From the sequence record MW760841.1: a DNA stretch of 64,000 nucleotides; one strand, written 5' to 3'. The position numbers were made by a program, and so were the translations under genes. Shown one piece after another: positions 56,019 through 64,000 of the stretch (positions within the stretch are counted from its first letter, which is position 1; every line of letters begins with the position of its first letter). Below the pieces are notes generated by a model, which searched no databases, was not told where the DNA came from, and was given only the letters and a program-made list of their open reading frames with translations.

Positions 56019-56786
56019 ATGTTTCGTATCATTTTTCTTATTCTGGCAGTAATGTTGACGTTTAATGCACACGCATCAAAATCCACCACTGCGAAGAACG
56101 ACTACCGTAAAGAGTTCGCCAAAATCGAACACCGGTTTGTGAAAGTCAAACCGATGATTGTGAAAATTTCAGCGCAGCAAGGTGTACACCCTGGCCTGAT
56201 GACTACTCTCATCTATAAGGAATCCCGCTTCGATCCGAAAGCGAAAAATCAATCTAGCAGCGCACACAGCCTGGTTCAGATGACCCGTGGCACCAAACGT
56301 TCGATGCTCAAGTTGTACGGCCCGCAGCTAGGACTGCCCAAGAACGCCGATTTGAACAATCCCCGCAATGCTATTCTGTTAGCTACTGCTTATCTCAACC
56401 ACATTGAGGGTGAACTGGAAAGACGACTCAAACGCAAGCCGACTAATGCCGAGATTTATCTGGGCTATCGCTTCGGCGAAGGTACTGCGTACACCATGAT
56501 TAAGAAGAAGTCTCCCCGTGGGGCACGAGAGATGCGTCAATACAAACGCGATGCTTCTTTCTACAGCGCCTTAGTGGAACGCGTGGTACCCGCAGAAACA
56601 CCGAAACAGCTTGCTTTTGTGAAGACAGATGACACTGAGAAGGTCATCGAGATTCAGCAAATCTGGCACACACTGTACGGCACGTACGCACCTGTAACGA
56701 GCCCAAGTGTATTAGCAGCCAATAACATCAATATAGGAGCGACAATTGAACATCGTCACACAAACCTGGTATCCGGGATTATGTAA
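56019..56786 (+). CDS. SLT-type lytic transglycosylase with Sec signal peptide
   Basis: LIYKESRFDPKA.N..S.AHSLVQM, N..LATAYL, Y..G; signal ...FNAHA. Confidence 0.82.
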   Translation: MFRIIFLILAVMLTFNAHASKSTTAKNDYRKEFAKIEHRFVKVKPMIVKISAQQGVHPGLMTTLIYKESRFDPKAKNQSSSAHSLVQMTRGTKRSMLKLYGPQLGLPKNADLNNPRNAILLATAYLNHIEGELERRLKRKPTNAEIYLGYRFGEGTAYTMIKKKSPRGAREMRQYKRDASFYSALVERVVPAETPKQLAFVKTDDTEKVIEIQQIWHTLYGTYAPVTSPSVLAANNINIGATIEHRHTNLVSGIM

Positions 56787-57270
56787 AGCAGCCCAGCTGA
56801 CAGCCGAAGATGTGCTGTCGTTGGTTTTACAGGCGACCGCCAAACCTGACTCTGGGGAAATGGTGACTCGCGAGGACTTTGCTACCAAGCACGAGTTCTA
56901 CGATGCGCTTAACAGTGCATTCGGCGACGATGAAGACGAAGGGCTGGAGTTCGACTGGAACATCAACCTTTCGTTGCTGTGGATTTGTGGACTCCGTCCA
57001 TCTATTAGCGACACGGAAGAAGGCCAGGTATTAACGTGGCGTCATTCCGACCCGTATAGCACTGACATGACCTTCAAGCAAGCGTACATGGCTGTGACGG
57101 TAGAGTTGCAGAAACTGTGGCTGGGTGATGTGACGTATTGCCAACGCTCGTTCCTGACCATCATGGAAAAGCTGGCGATTACGCACAAAATCTGGCGTAG
57201 CGAAACGGCACCGGAACATATGTTCGTCATTGAAACGAAAGTGATTCCGAACACACCGTTCTTCGAATAA
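56746..57270 (+). CDS. Hypothetical protein (174 aa, TTG start)
   Basis: AGGAG RBS. Confidence 0.6.
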   Translation: MNIVTQTWYPGLCKAAQLTAEDVLSLVLQATAKPDSGEMVTREDFATKHEFYDALNSAFGDDEDEGLEFDWNINLSLLWICGLRPSISDTEEGQVLTWRHSDPYSTDMTFKQAYMAVTVELQKLWLGDVTYCQRSFLTIMEKLAITHKIWRSETAPEHMFVIETKVIPNTPFFE

Positions 57271-57275
57271 AACCT

Positions 57276-57297
57276 AACCAGACCTTCGGGTCTGGTT
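57276..57297 (+). terminator. Terminator AACCAGACC-TTCG-GGTCTGGTT + T-run
   Basis: 9-bp stem, UUCG loop, T-tract. Confidence 0.8.
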
Positions 57298-57324
57298 CTT
57301 TTTACTTTTAATGGGAAATCCAAC

Positions 57325-57810
57325 ATGTGGAAAAAAATTAAGCTGTTGCGACAGCGTGACCCAATCATGACTGGGTTGGTAGACACGAACCTGTTCGCCA
57401 CGTTCTTGTACTTCGTTGGCGTCTACATTGCAAGGCAGGACCCCTTAGGCACTTTCATGGTGTGTTACCTGGGGATTGGGACATTCGGTGGGATGATCGT
57501 GGGTGGGTCATACTGCGGTTATAAGTCGGACTGGATTGACGCTTGTCCGTATACCCGCGACAGGTTGAAGATGTGGAAGAATGCTGCCGAGGACATCACG
57601 GTGGGCGAAGCTAAACAATTGACTTTTGAAGAAGCTAACCGCTTCGCCCTCAAGCTGAAAAAGCAGTTTGAGGATATCCCGTTCGAATACGCTTTCGCGG
57701 CAATATACCACGGACACCGCAAGTACACCAGTGAGCAGTGGTTACCGAAGGAAGCCAAAACCTTCCGTAATGAGAACCCGAAGGTGTGGCACATCATGGA
57801 CTACGTTTAA
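57325..57810 (+). CDS. Membrane protein, paralogue pair M (161 aa)
   Basis: Two TM segments; C-terminal LPKEAKTFRNENP. Confidence 0.65.
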   Translation: MWKKIKLLRQRDPIMTGLVDTNLFATFLYFVGVYIARQDPLGTFMVCYLGIGTFGGMIVGGSYCGYKSDWIDACPYTRDRLKMWKNAAEDITVGEAKQLTFEEANRFALKLKKQFEDIPFEYAFAAIYHGHRKYTSEQWLPKEAKTFRNENPKVWHIMDYV

Positions 57811-57855
57811 TTACGTGATATGTCAGTTATTTGACTACACTACTGGAGCATCGAC

Positions 57856-58449
57856 ATGCCTGCTTTACCTGAAGTCTTAATTGATAAGCTGATTGCCTGG
57901 ACACCCACCGGAAACACCTTCCGTGGCAAACTGGCCACCCGTTACCTGTTCCCTGTTCTTCTGGCCTTTAGTTTCCTGGTCTCGGCGATGTTCTGGTTCG
58001 GTTTGTTCTCTTTGCTGAACCTGTACCTTGACCGTACTCCCGACGACGGTATGGGTTTAGCCTTACTCGAAACTGTCATCTGTACGCCGTGTCTGGCATT
58101 TGCTTGGCGTGGGTGGCTGCGAATTCGCTGGGCGAAGAAATCTATCCTGACCACAGACGACGTGTACGCGTTGACTGGTTACGGGAAGGAACTGATTAAA
58201 ATCCACGGGAAGAAAATCCCGTGGACGGCGATTACCGGGGCCAGTAAGCCGTTGATGCAAACCGGTATCCTGGAAAAGGATAGTGGACGTTCACGCTTCC
58301 CTGACCGGGTGCGCAGTAACGATGTTATCGGCGGTATTCTCTGCGCCATGTATCAAGAAGGCGGTTGGGCTGTACTTCCTAAAGAAGCCTGGTCATTCTT
58401 CAACGAGTACCCGTTTGCTTTTCGTGCTTTCTATTCCAATTACCGTTAA
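57856..58449 (+). CDS. Membrane protein, paralogue pair M (197 aa)
   Basis: GGAG RBS; two TM segments; C-terminal LPKEAWSFFNEYP. Confidence 0.65.
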   Translation: MPALPEVLIDKLIAWTPTGNTFRGKLATRYLFPVLLAFSFLVSAMFWFGLFSLLNLYLDRTPDDGMGLALLETVICTPCLAFAWRGWLRIRWAKKSILTTDDVYALTGYGKELIKIHGKKIPWTAITGASKPLMQTGILEKDSGRSRFPDRVRSNDVIGGILCAMYQEGGWAVLPKEAWSFFNEYPFAFRAFYSNYR

Positions 58450-58473
58450 CCCCGTTTTAACAAGGACAATCTA

Positions 58474-59418
58474 ATGTTTACTCAAGACATCATCAACAAA
58501 ATCGCCTCTGCTCTGAACAGCCGCTACTACCAATCCAACCTGCAAGCGCTGGGTTCACTGAGCCAGCTGCTGTTGCGTAAGCGTAACGGTTCGAACTATG
58601 TCACCCACCGCGAATTCTCTGACATGCTGCACACGCAGATTGAGAACGTGTTCCCAGTGCCATACATGCGTGTCGCAGTTGACGGTCGTGCAGGCACGGT
58701 AGTCATCGACGGACATATGTTCGTTCGCCCGGAAGAAAAGGCACCGCTCGGTCATCAGGTGTCGCTGCTGGGTTACAACAACAACCCGTGGAACGTCGTG
58801 ATTGTGGATATCCATGGCGACTATCACATGATCGCGTCAGGTGACGGTTACGCTATCCCGCATGGTCAGTACAGCGTTCCGTTTGACATGAAAACCGCGA
58901 CAAGTATGCCGGGTGTGATTTGCCACGACAACCTGTTGATTTCTGGCAGTACCGTGACCTGGGTTATTCAGGACTGGAAAGGTGCGGGTAAAATCCTGGC
59001 GAACGAAGGGACGTTGTTGCCAATCCAATTCGACCGCGTCCAGAACATTGACCGCAGTCCGTTGGAACTGGATACCTTAGACTCACTGAAAGGTACGTTC
59101 ATCGGTCAGGACCTGTCTGACTCGCTGGGGCTGGAACAACAACCGTATCCGTACAGCGTACACGATGTGGTTGAAGCACTGGTAGAAACACTCAAGCTCG
59201 TACTCGACCTGCAAAACCGTATCCCGAAAAACCAAACCACCGAAGCCGATAAAGAAGTGCTGGGTGTTGCGCTCAAGATTCAGGGCAACATTCACTTCAA
59301 TGATTTGTTGTCTGAAGTGATGGCACTTCCTGCTAAGAAGCGTACGCAGAAAGCACTCAATGAAATTATTCCACGTCATCTGGAAAATATCTTGAACGCG
59401 CTTAAAGCGAAGAAATAA
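58474..59418 (+). CDS. Hypothetical protein (314 aa)
   Basis: AAGGA RBS; long ORF. Confidence 0.7.
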   Translation: MFTQDIINKIASALNSRYYQSNLQALGSLSQLLLRKRNGSNYVTHREFSDMLHTQIENVFPVPYMRVAVDGRAGTVVIDGHMFVRPEEKAPLGHQVSLLGYNNNPWNVVIVDIHGDYHMIASGDGYAIPHGQYSVPFDMKTATSMPGVICHDNLLISGSTVTWVIQDWKGAGKILANEGTLLPIQFDRVQNIDRSPLELDTLDSLKGTFIGQDLSDSLGLEQQPYPYSVHDVVEALVETLKLVLDLQNRIPKNQTTEADKEVLGVALKIQGNIHFNDLLSEVMALPAKKRTQKALNEIIPRHLENILNALKAKK

Positions 59419-59423
59419 AAGCA

Positions 59424-59451
59424 CTACCCACTCCTTTACGGGAGTGGGTAG
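59424..59451. terminator. Bidirectional terminator CTACCCACTCC-TTTACG-GGAGTGGGTAG
   Basis: 11-bp stem between convergent genes. Confidence 0.8.
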
Positions 59452-59461
59452 CTTTCTTTTT

Positions 59462-60079
59462 TTAGTTCGTCAAACCATTGGCTTTCAGAATCTCAATCAA
59501 CTGCGCATTGAGGATTTCTAACTCGTTGTTACGCTGAGTCAGGGTATAGACCTGCTCTGAAAGCGGAGTGGTGTTACGAATGTTCTGCTTGCGCAGAGCC
59601 TCCATTCGAACGTGGTCCTCTTCGGTGATGACGCCTTCGTACTCCAGCACCGTCACTTCCGGGGTCGTCTGCACACCGATGGTTCCCGTCACTAAGGTGC
59701 CGAGGTCGGTAGCAAGCTTGTTCACGTCCACATAGCCAGGGGTTGGCCCACAGTCGACAACTATCACATTGCGACGGTAATCGAGCGTAGACTGCCCTGG
59801 GTAGCTTTCCAGGAAGGTGTTCGGGATATAGCGAATCTCACCGTCGGTAGACTTGAAGGTCAGAATCGCTGCATCCATATCAGCATCGTCCAGGTATTCC
59901 TGGCGAGCCAATCCAGCCGGTTCGTAGTATTCAGAGAACACATCAATCCCGGCGCGTTTCAGCTCCGGGAAAGTACGGATGGCTTCTAAGCGATAAACCA
60001 CGTCAACCGGAACTTCATACGGCGTGTTCGTGACGAACGAACCTTCTGTATTCTCCGGTGGCGTTAATGGAAAACGCAT
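59462..60079 (-). CDS. Hypothetical protein, probably virion-associated (205 aa)
   Basis: GAGGAGG RBS; C-terminal coiled coil; function inferred from context only. Confidence 0.65.
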   Translation of the reverse strand: MRFPLTPPENTEGSFVTNTPYEVPVDVVYRLEAIRTFPELKRAGIDVFSEYYEPAGLARQEYLDDADMDAAILTFKSTDGEIRYIPNTFLESYPGQSTLDYRRNVIVVDCGPTPGYVDVNKLATDLGTLVTGTIGVQTTPEVTVLEYEGVITEEDHVRMEALRKQNIRNTTPLSEQVYTLTQRNNELEILNAQLIEILKANGLTN

Positions 60080-60088
60080 TTAGCCTCC

Positions 60089-61450
60089 TCAGCTCTGCCA
60101 GATGGCTTTACGGGCCAGTACGCGGAACTCAACGTTATCGAACTCAAACACCCAGAAGTAGATATCCGGATTCTCATCATCCACCAACTTCACGATATCC
60201 AATGAGGTGTTGTACGGATGATACTCCTCGGCAGCAATCATCGCACGGAAGTACAGGTCAACCCACTCGCTGGTCGTTTTCGACATACGAGCAATATCTG
60301 GGTTGGTCGTACCAATCAATGCGTAGTCCGGAATGATGTCATGCAAGGTTGCTTTGCGTGAATCGTTTTCCGTACCAGCGATAGCTACAGCCCCGAGTGA
60401 TTTGTACACGGATGGCAGTTGACAAACATCGGTTTCCGGCATCGGAATTTCGTTGTTGTTTTTCTGTGCAGCCGTGAGAGTCTCCCAAGCCCCGAAGGTT
60501 GAGATTGCCTTCACCTGGAAATCATATGGGAGGAGCGGAGAGTATTGTGCCGCGATATCTTCCTGGTTAGGGATTCCACGGATACTCCAACCAGGAACGA
60601 TGGTGAACTTGGTCGTGGTAAAGATTTCCGGGAACACTTTCACCCACTCGATAACACCGTTATTCGAGTTCGCTAAAATATACTCTCGTAATGCTTGTTT
60701 GATTCTGCTCGGGTTCATCCCTGCGCGGCCATAGATGAGCAGCGACATCGGGACAGGCATCGTGGAGTTATAATCTTCACGATCATGCCAGGTGTAAACG
60801 TTGGTCAGAATGGAGGTGTACGGGTACTCACCTCGAATCTCGTTCGCCTTTTTATGGTGGTCCGGAAGGTTGAAGGAAGACATCGCAACCTCAACAACCG
60901 ACTTGACACCCATGAAGGTATCCACCGGAAGAATGGGCATTAACACCTCAATCTCCCATCCGGTATAGTCCTGACTAAAATCTTCATCAGCGAACCAAAC
61001 CATGATTTGGTTTTCACTGTCGGCTGGGTTTTCAACCTGACCGGCAGCGACTTCATATTTCCAGCTTATCCAGCGTGGGAACCAATTGCCATTCATCTGG
61101 ATCATTGCTCCAGTAGAAACGGCGCTGATGGTGTTCTGGTACTGTCCTACTAACAGACGTTGAAACTCGGTCTCATCGTTTTTGAAATTACCCAGAATGG
61201 ACTGATTGTAAACCCATTGGGTAAGTGCTAAAATGTGGTCGGTGAAGTTCGCCGGAACTTTTACCTTTACCGTATTACGAAGGTAAGTAAAAGCTACGAG
61301 TTCGACCTGGAGGTTTGCCTTCGCGAAGACTTGTTTGTTCTTCGCAAAAGACTTGGACAGCTCAGACAATTCACCGACGGGAGCAACCGCACCTTCGGCA
61401 TCATTATCAGTCAGCGCTGTAATATTGATAAAGCCTTGTATATCTAACAT
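60089..61450 (-). CDS. Hypothetical protein, probably virion structural (453 aa)
   Basis: Long ORF; position next to RNase H resembles the phiKZ-like layout as recalled (unverified). Confidence 0.65.
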   Translation of the reverse strand: MLDIQGFINITALTDNDAEGAVAPVGELSELSKSFAKNKQVFAKANLQVELVAFTYLRNTVKVKVPANFTDHILALTQWVYNQSILGNFKNDETEFQRLLVGQYQNTISAVSTGAMIQMNGNWFPRWISWKYEVAAGQVENPADSENQIMVWFADEDFSQDYTGWEIEVLMPILPVDTFMGVKSVVEVAMSSFNLPDHHKKANEIRGEYPYTSILTNVYTWHDREDYNSTMPVPMSLLIYGRAGMNPSRIKQALREYILANSNNGVIEWVKVFPEIFTTTKFTIVPGWSIRGIPNQEDIAAQYSPLLPYDFQVKAISTFGAWETLTAAQKNNNEIPMPETDVCQLPSVYKSLGAVAIAGTENDSRKATLHDIIPDYALIGTTNPDIARMSKTTSEWVDLYFRAMIAAEEYHPYNTSLDIVKLVDDENPDIYFWVFEFDNVEFRVLARKAIWQS

Positions 61451-61473
61451 TATAAGAAAACTCCGAGGTGAGC

Positions 61474-61971
61474 ATGATAGCTGGAATCGTTAAACTACTT
61501 CCATTTCTACAAATACTTCTGGAAGCCTTTCAGCCGGGCGATGGTGAGAGAGTCACCCGCGTCGGTAAAATTACTACACTCGCCTTTGTTTTGCTTTTGA
61601 CTTATTCGATGTTCGTTTCCTATGCATACGTGGTTCAATACCACTCTCTGGTACAAGTGCGTGAGCATGACCAATACATGGAACGTCAGTCCAACGACAA
61701 AGACAAAACTTTGCAGTTGCAAGCTGATGAGCTACGAGCGCTTTACGCGCGTATATTCGAATGTCTAAGCAGTCGGCCGCCATATGAAAGTGGCAGTGGG
61801 CATGCTCAGAAACAACCGGATATGCCTGCGGCACCTGTGGCTGCCCCAGAAGCCCCAATTCATGCTTCGCCATCGCCCACGAAAAAGGAAACCGTGGCGA
61901 ATAAACCTGTTGGCCCTGCCGACATGAATAAGTTCCGTATGGAGATTCTTAAAAATCTTAACGAGGAGTAA
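61474..61971 (+). CDS. Single-TM protein with coiled coil and Pro-rich linker; candidate i-spanin
   Basis: TM ITTLAFVLLLTYSMFVSYAYVV, then helical region and P/A-rich segment; GAGG RBS. Confidence 0.5.
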   Translation: MIAGIVKLLPFLQILLEAFQPGDGERVTRVGKITTLAFVLLLTYSMFVSYAYVVQYHSLVQVREHDQYMERQSNDKDKTLQLQADELRALYARIFECLSSRPPYESGSGHAQKQPDMPAAPVAAPEAPIHASPSPTKKETVANKPVGPADMNKFRMEILKNLNEE

Positions 61972-61973
61972 AG

Positions 61974-62444
61974 ATGAGAGCCTTGTTACTCTGCATGACA
62001 CTGTTCCTGGTGGCTTGTAGTGGCATGGTTATTGATGATAGAAAGGGCGCAAGCACGGCCTCTGTATGGCCCCTGCGTAACTTGGAGTCTCCACCGACGT
62101 TGCAAATGGGGATACGGTCTACTGAAGACCCCGGTTTTCAGACCTACATCTCCGAAGTGAACGCGTATGCTTATTACGTGTTCGTCTACGCCCGGAATCT
62201 TAACGACTATGCAAAAATGCGCAATTGGCGAATCCCTCAACCGGCTCCCATTTGTGAGCGTTTTGAAGTTGGGCCATTAAACCCGATTCCGAGCAAAGTA
62301 GAACTGTCAGAGACCGCACGAAATCCTCAGGATATCAGCCGGGATTTGGCAACGCAATTGAAACGACTTCTCGGCAATTACCGCCAGGATAGAACGGCGT
62401 TTTCACGCGCACTTGAAGCACATTATGCCACATGCATTAACTAA
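61974..62444 (+). CDS. Lipoprotein; candidate o-spanin
   Basis: MRALLLCMTLFLVAC lipobox; GAGGAG RBS; directly follows the TM gene. Confidence 0.5.
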   Translation: MRALLLCMTLFLVACSGMVIDDRKGASTASVWPLRNLESPPTLQMGIRSTEDPGFQTYISEVNAYAYYVFVYARNLNDYAKMRNWRIPQPAPICERFEVGPLNPIPSKVELSETARNPQDISRDLATQLKRLLGNYRQDRTAFSRALEAHYATCIN

Positions 62445-62451
62445 AAGAGCT

Positions 62452-62477
62452 ACTCCACTACCTTCGGGTAGTGGAGT
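62452..62477 (+). terminator. Terminator ACTCCACTACC-TTCG-GGTAGTGGAGT
   Basis: 11-bp stem, UUCG loop, T-rich tail. Confidence 0.8.
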
Positions 62478-62531
62478 GCTTTATTTTTACAGCACCAACC
62501 ATTCTAATGTATACCCCAAAGGAGAGTTCAC

Positions 62532-63299
62532 ATGTCTACAGACATCGCACCAGGCAGCCAACGCACGCCTTCCATTTACGAAGCAGCACCCGTTCGTGTA
62601 CCTCAGATCGTCATCGGTGTTGATGGCGAAACCAAATCCATGCGTTCTGATGCTTACCTGATTTCGTTAGGTATGGCTGCGTGGGACGTGACCACATTGC
62701 GTCTTATCGGTGCCTTCTACCAGACCATCGATCCCAACGATGAAAAAGCCAAGGCCATCTTCCATGAAGACCCGAGCACTTTGGCCTGGTGGCGTGGTGA
62801 AGGGGATAATCCTGACTATGCTCCGTGTCCGGAAGCATATAAGGAAGCATTCTCAGGCACCATGAAGATGCCCGAAGTGCTGTGGTCGGCGTATAAGTTC
62901 CTGGAAGGGTTTAAAGCCCCGAACCGTAACGTTACCCTGACTATGCGTGGCCCAGATTTCGATCATCCGATTCTGATGAACGCATTTGCCCAGTGTGATG
63001 TCCCGACGAGCTTACTGCGTCGCTTCTCCATGCTGGATTCAGACCGTACTGCGGAGCGTATTGCTTCGGCAATGGGTCTGGAACCGAACTACGATGCTGA
63101 GTCCCATAACTGGACTCGTGGTAAGGAAGCGTATTTGCACCACGCAGGCTACGATGCTGCGCGTGAAGGCTACATCACTGCCCGTATCTATCACCTGGCA
63201 CTGGTTGCTAAGCGTCACGGCTTTGAGCGTATGCTGGAAGCACATCATCAAATCTGTACTGGTGAATACGCCCCGATGGAATTTTTAAGAGAGGCATAA
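62532..63299 (+). CDS. DEDDh 3'-5' exonuclease (Exo VIII/Rv2179c-like)
   Basis: GVDGET, RGPDFD..IL, HHAGYDA..E. Confidence 0.82.
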   Translation: MSTDIAPGSQRTPSIYEAAPVRVPQIVIGVDGETKSMRSDAYLISLGMAAWDVTTLRLIGAFYQTIDPNDEKAKAIFHEDPSTLAWWRGEGDNPDYAPCPEAYKEAFSGTMKMPEVLWSAYKFLEGFKAPNRNVTLTMRGPDFDHPILMNAFAQCDVPTSLLRRFSMLDSDRTAERIASAMGLEPNYDAESHNWTRGKEAYLHHAGYDAAREGYITARIYHLALVAKRHGFERMLEAHHQICTGEYAPMEFLREA

Positions 63300-64000
63300 T
63301 GGACATCAAAGATGTAGATGTTGCAGTCATCTACACCGATGGTAGCCACCTGACTACCCCGCCCGGAACCGGCGCGGGGATTCACGGCTATTTATTTAAT
63401 CACGGTGTACTCGAGGACACTCAGGCGTATCGCTACAACGGTGCGACTGAGCATGTCACCACGATAGGCTACAAGAAGTTCCCGCAGGATGTGAAAGTCC
63501 CTGATGTTCCGGACACAGTGGAGTTCGTGGATGCGTTCATTCCTGTTCCTGCACACTTCTGGTCTGACGTGGCTGAACTGACAGCATTCATTACGCTGTT
63601 TGAATCTGCGCCATTCCGTGCCAAGAACTATATCGTCTACGTCGATGCCTCGTATCTGGTGAACGCCTGGAACCAGTGGATTGCTAACTGGAAACAGAAG
63701 AACTGGACGAAAGCGGACGGCAGTCCTATCGGCAACCGGGATTTGATTATCAAAATCAGTGAAATCAAAGACCGTCTGCACAAAGAAGGCCGCAGTGTCA
63801 AGGTGATTAAGATTAAAGGTCACGCTGGACATTACGGTAACGAGCGTGCTGACCAGATGGCCGGTAAAGCGTCGGCGATGGTGGCTGCTGGGAAAGGAAT
63901 TGAGTACCGTCCGTATTGGTCAACCGAAGAACTGCCGGAGGAGTTAACGCTCCAAGAGCCAGAAGAATCGATTGCGCCGGGCATTACCAACTTCCCACTG
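63299..64000 (+). CDS. rnhA: Ribonuclease HI (3' truncated by window; missing from track)
   Basis: TAATG overlap with the upstream gene; IYTDGS, AELTA, VDASY..N..WI.NWK.KNW..ADG.PI.NRDL, IKGHAGHYGNERADQMA. Confidence 0.92.
   Translation, partial: MDIKDVDVAVIYTDGSHLTTPPGTGAGIHGYLFNHGVLEDTQAYRYNGATEHVTTIGYKKFPQDVKVPDVPDTVEFVDAFIPVPAHFWSDVAELTAFITLFESAPFRAKNYIVYVDASYLVNAWNQWIANWKQKNWTKADGSPIGNRDLIIKISEIKDRLHKEGRSVKVIKIKGHAGHYGNERADQMAGKASAMVAAGKGIEYRPYWSTEELPEELTLQEPEESIAPGITNFPL

Noticed and set aside
1-64000. tRNA, rRNA, integrase, transposase, intron or intein
   Set aside because: None recognised by eye. Intergenic gaps are short and mostly explained by terminators. tRNAscan-SE and Infernal were not run.

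Overview
A 64 kb segment of a phiKZ-related (Chimalliviridae-like) jumbo myophage, probably infecting an enterobacterium. This assignment is inferred from gene content and order, not from a database search. Left part (1-18.9 kb, + strand): arrays of paralogous virion proteins, including four tandem A-B-C three-gene cassettes. Middle (19-40 kb, - strand): four tail-fibre paralogues run directly into three Cys-rich (Cxxx)n peptide genes, an orphan ORF, two radical SAM enzymes (one with a SPASM domain), another orphan and a DUF4376-like tail-assembly protein. A GH108 lysozyme and a DUF1353 gene follow. Right part: a gpV-like baseplate spike, an accessory region of small genes behind a repeated AT-rich promoter motif, an SbcC/Rad50 ATPase, a GNAT, a short protein mimicking the EF-Tu N-terminus, a macro-domain protein, an SLT transglycosylase, a candidate spanin pair, a DEDDh exonuclease and RNase H. 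The standout is the phage-encoded radical-SAM/Cys-rich-peptide (RiPP-like) cluster embedded in the tail-fibre module (20556-25910). No tRNA, rRNA, CRISPR array, integrase, transposase or reverse transcriptase was recognised. All family names are from motif recognition by eye and need HMM confirmation.
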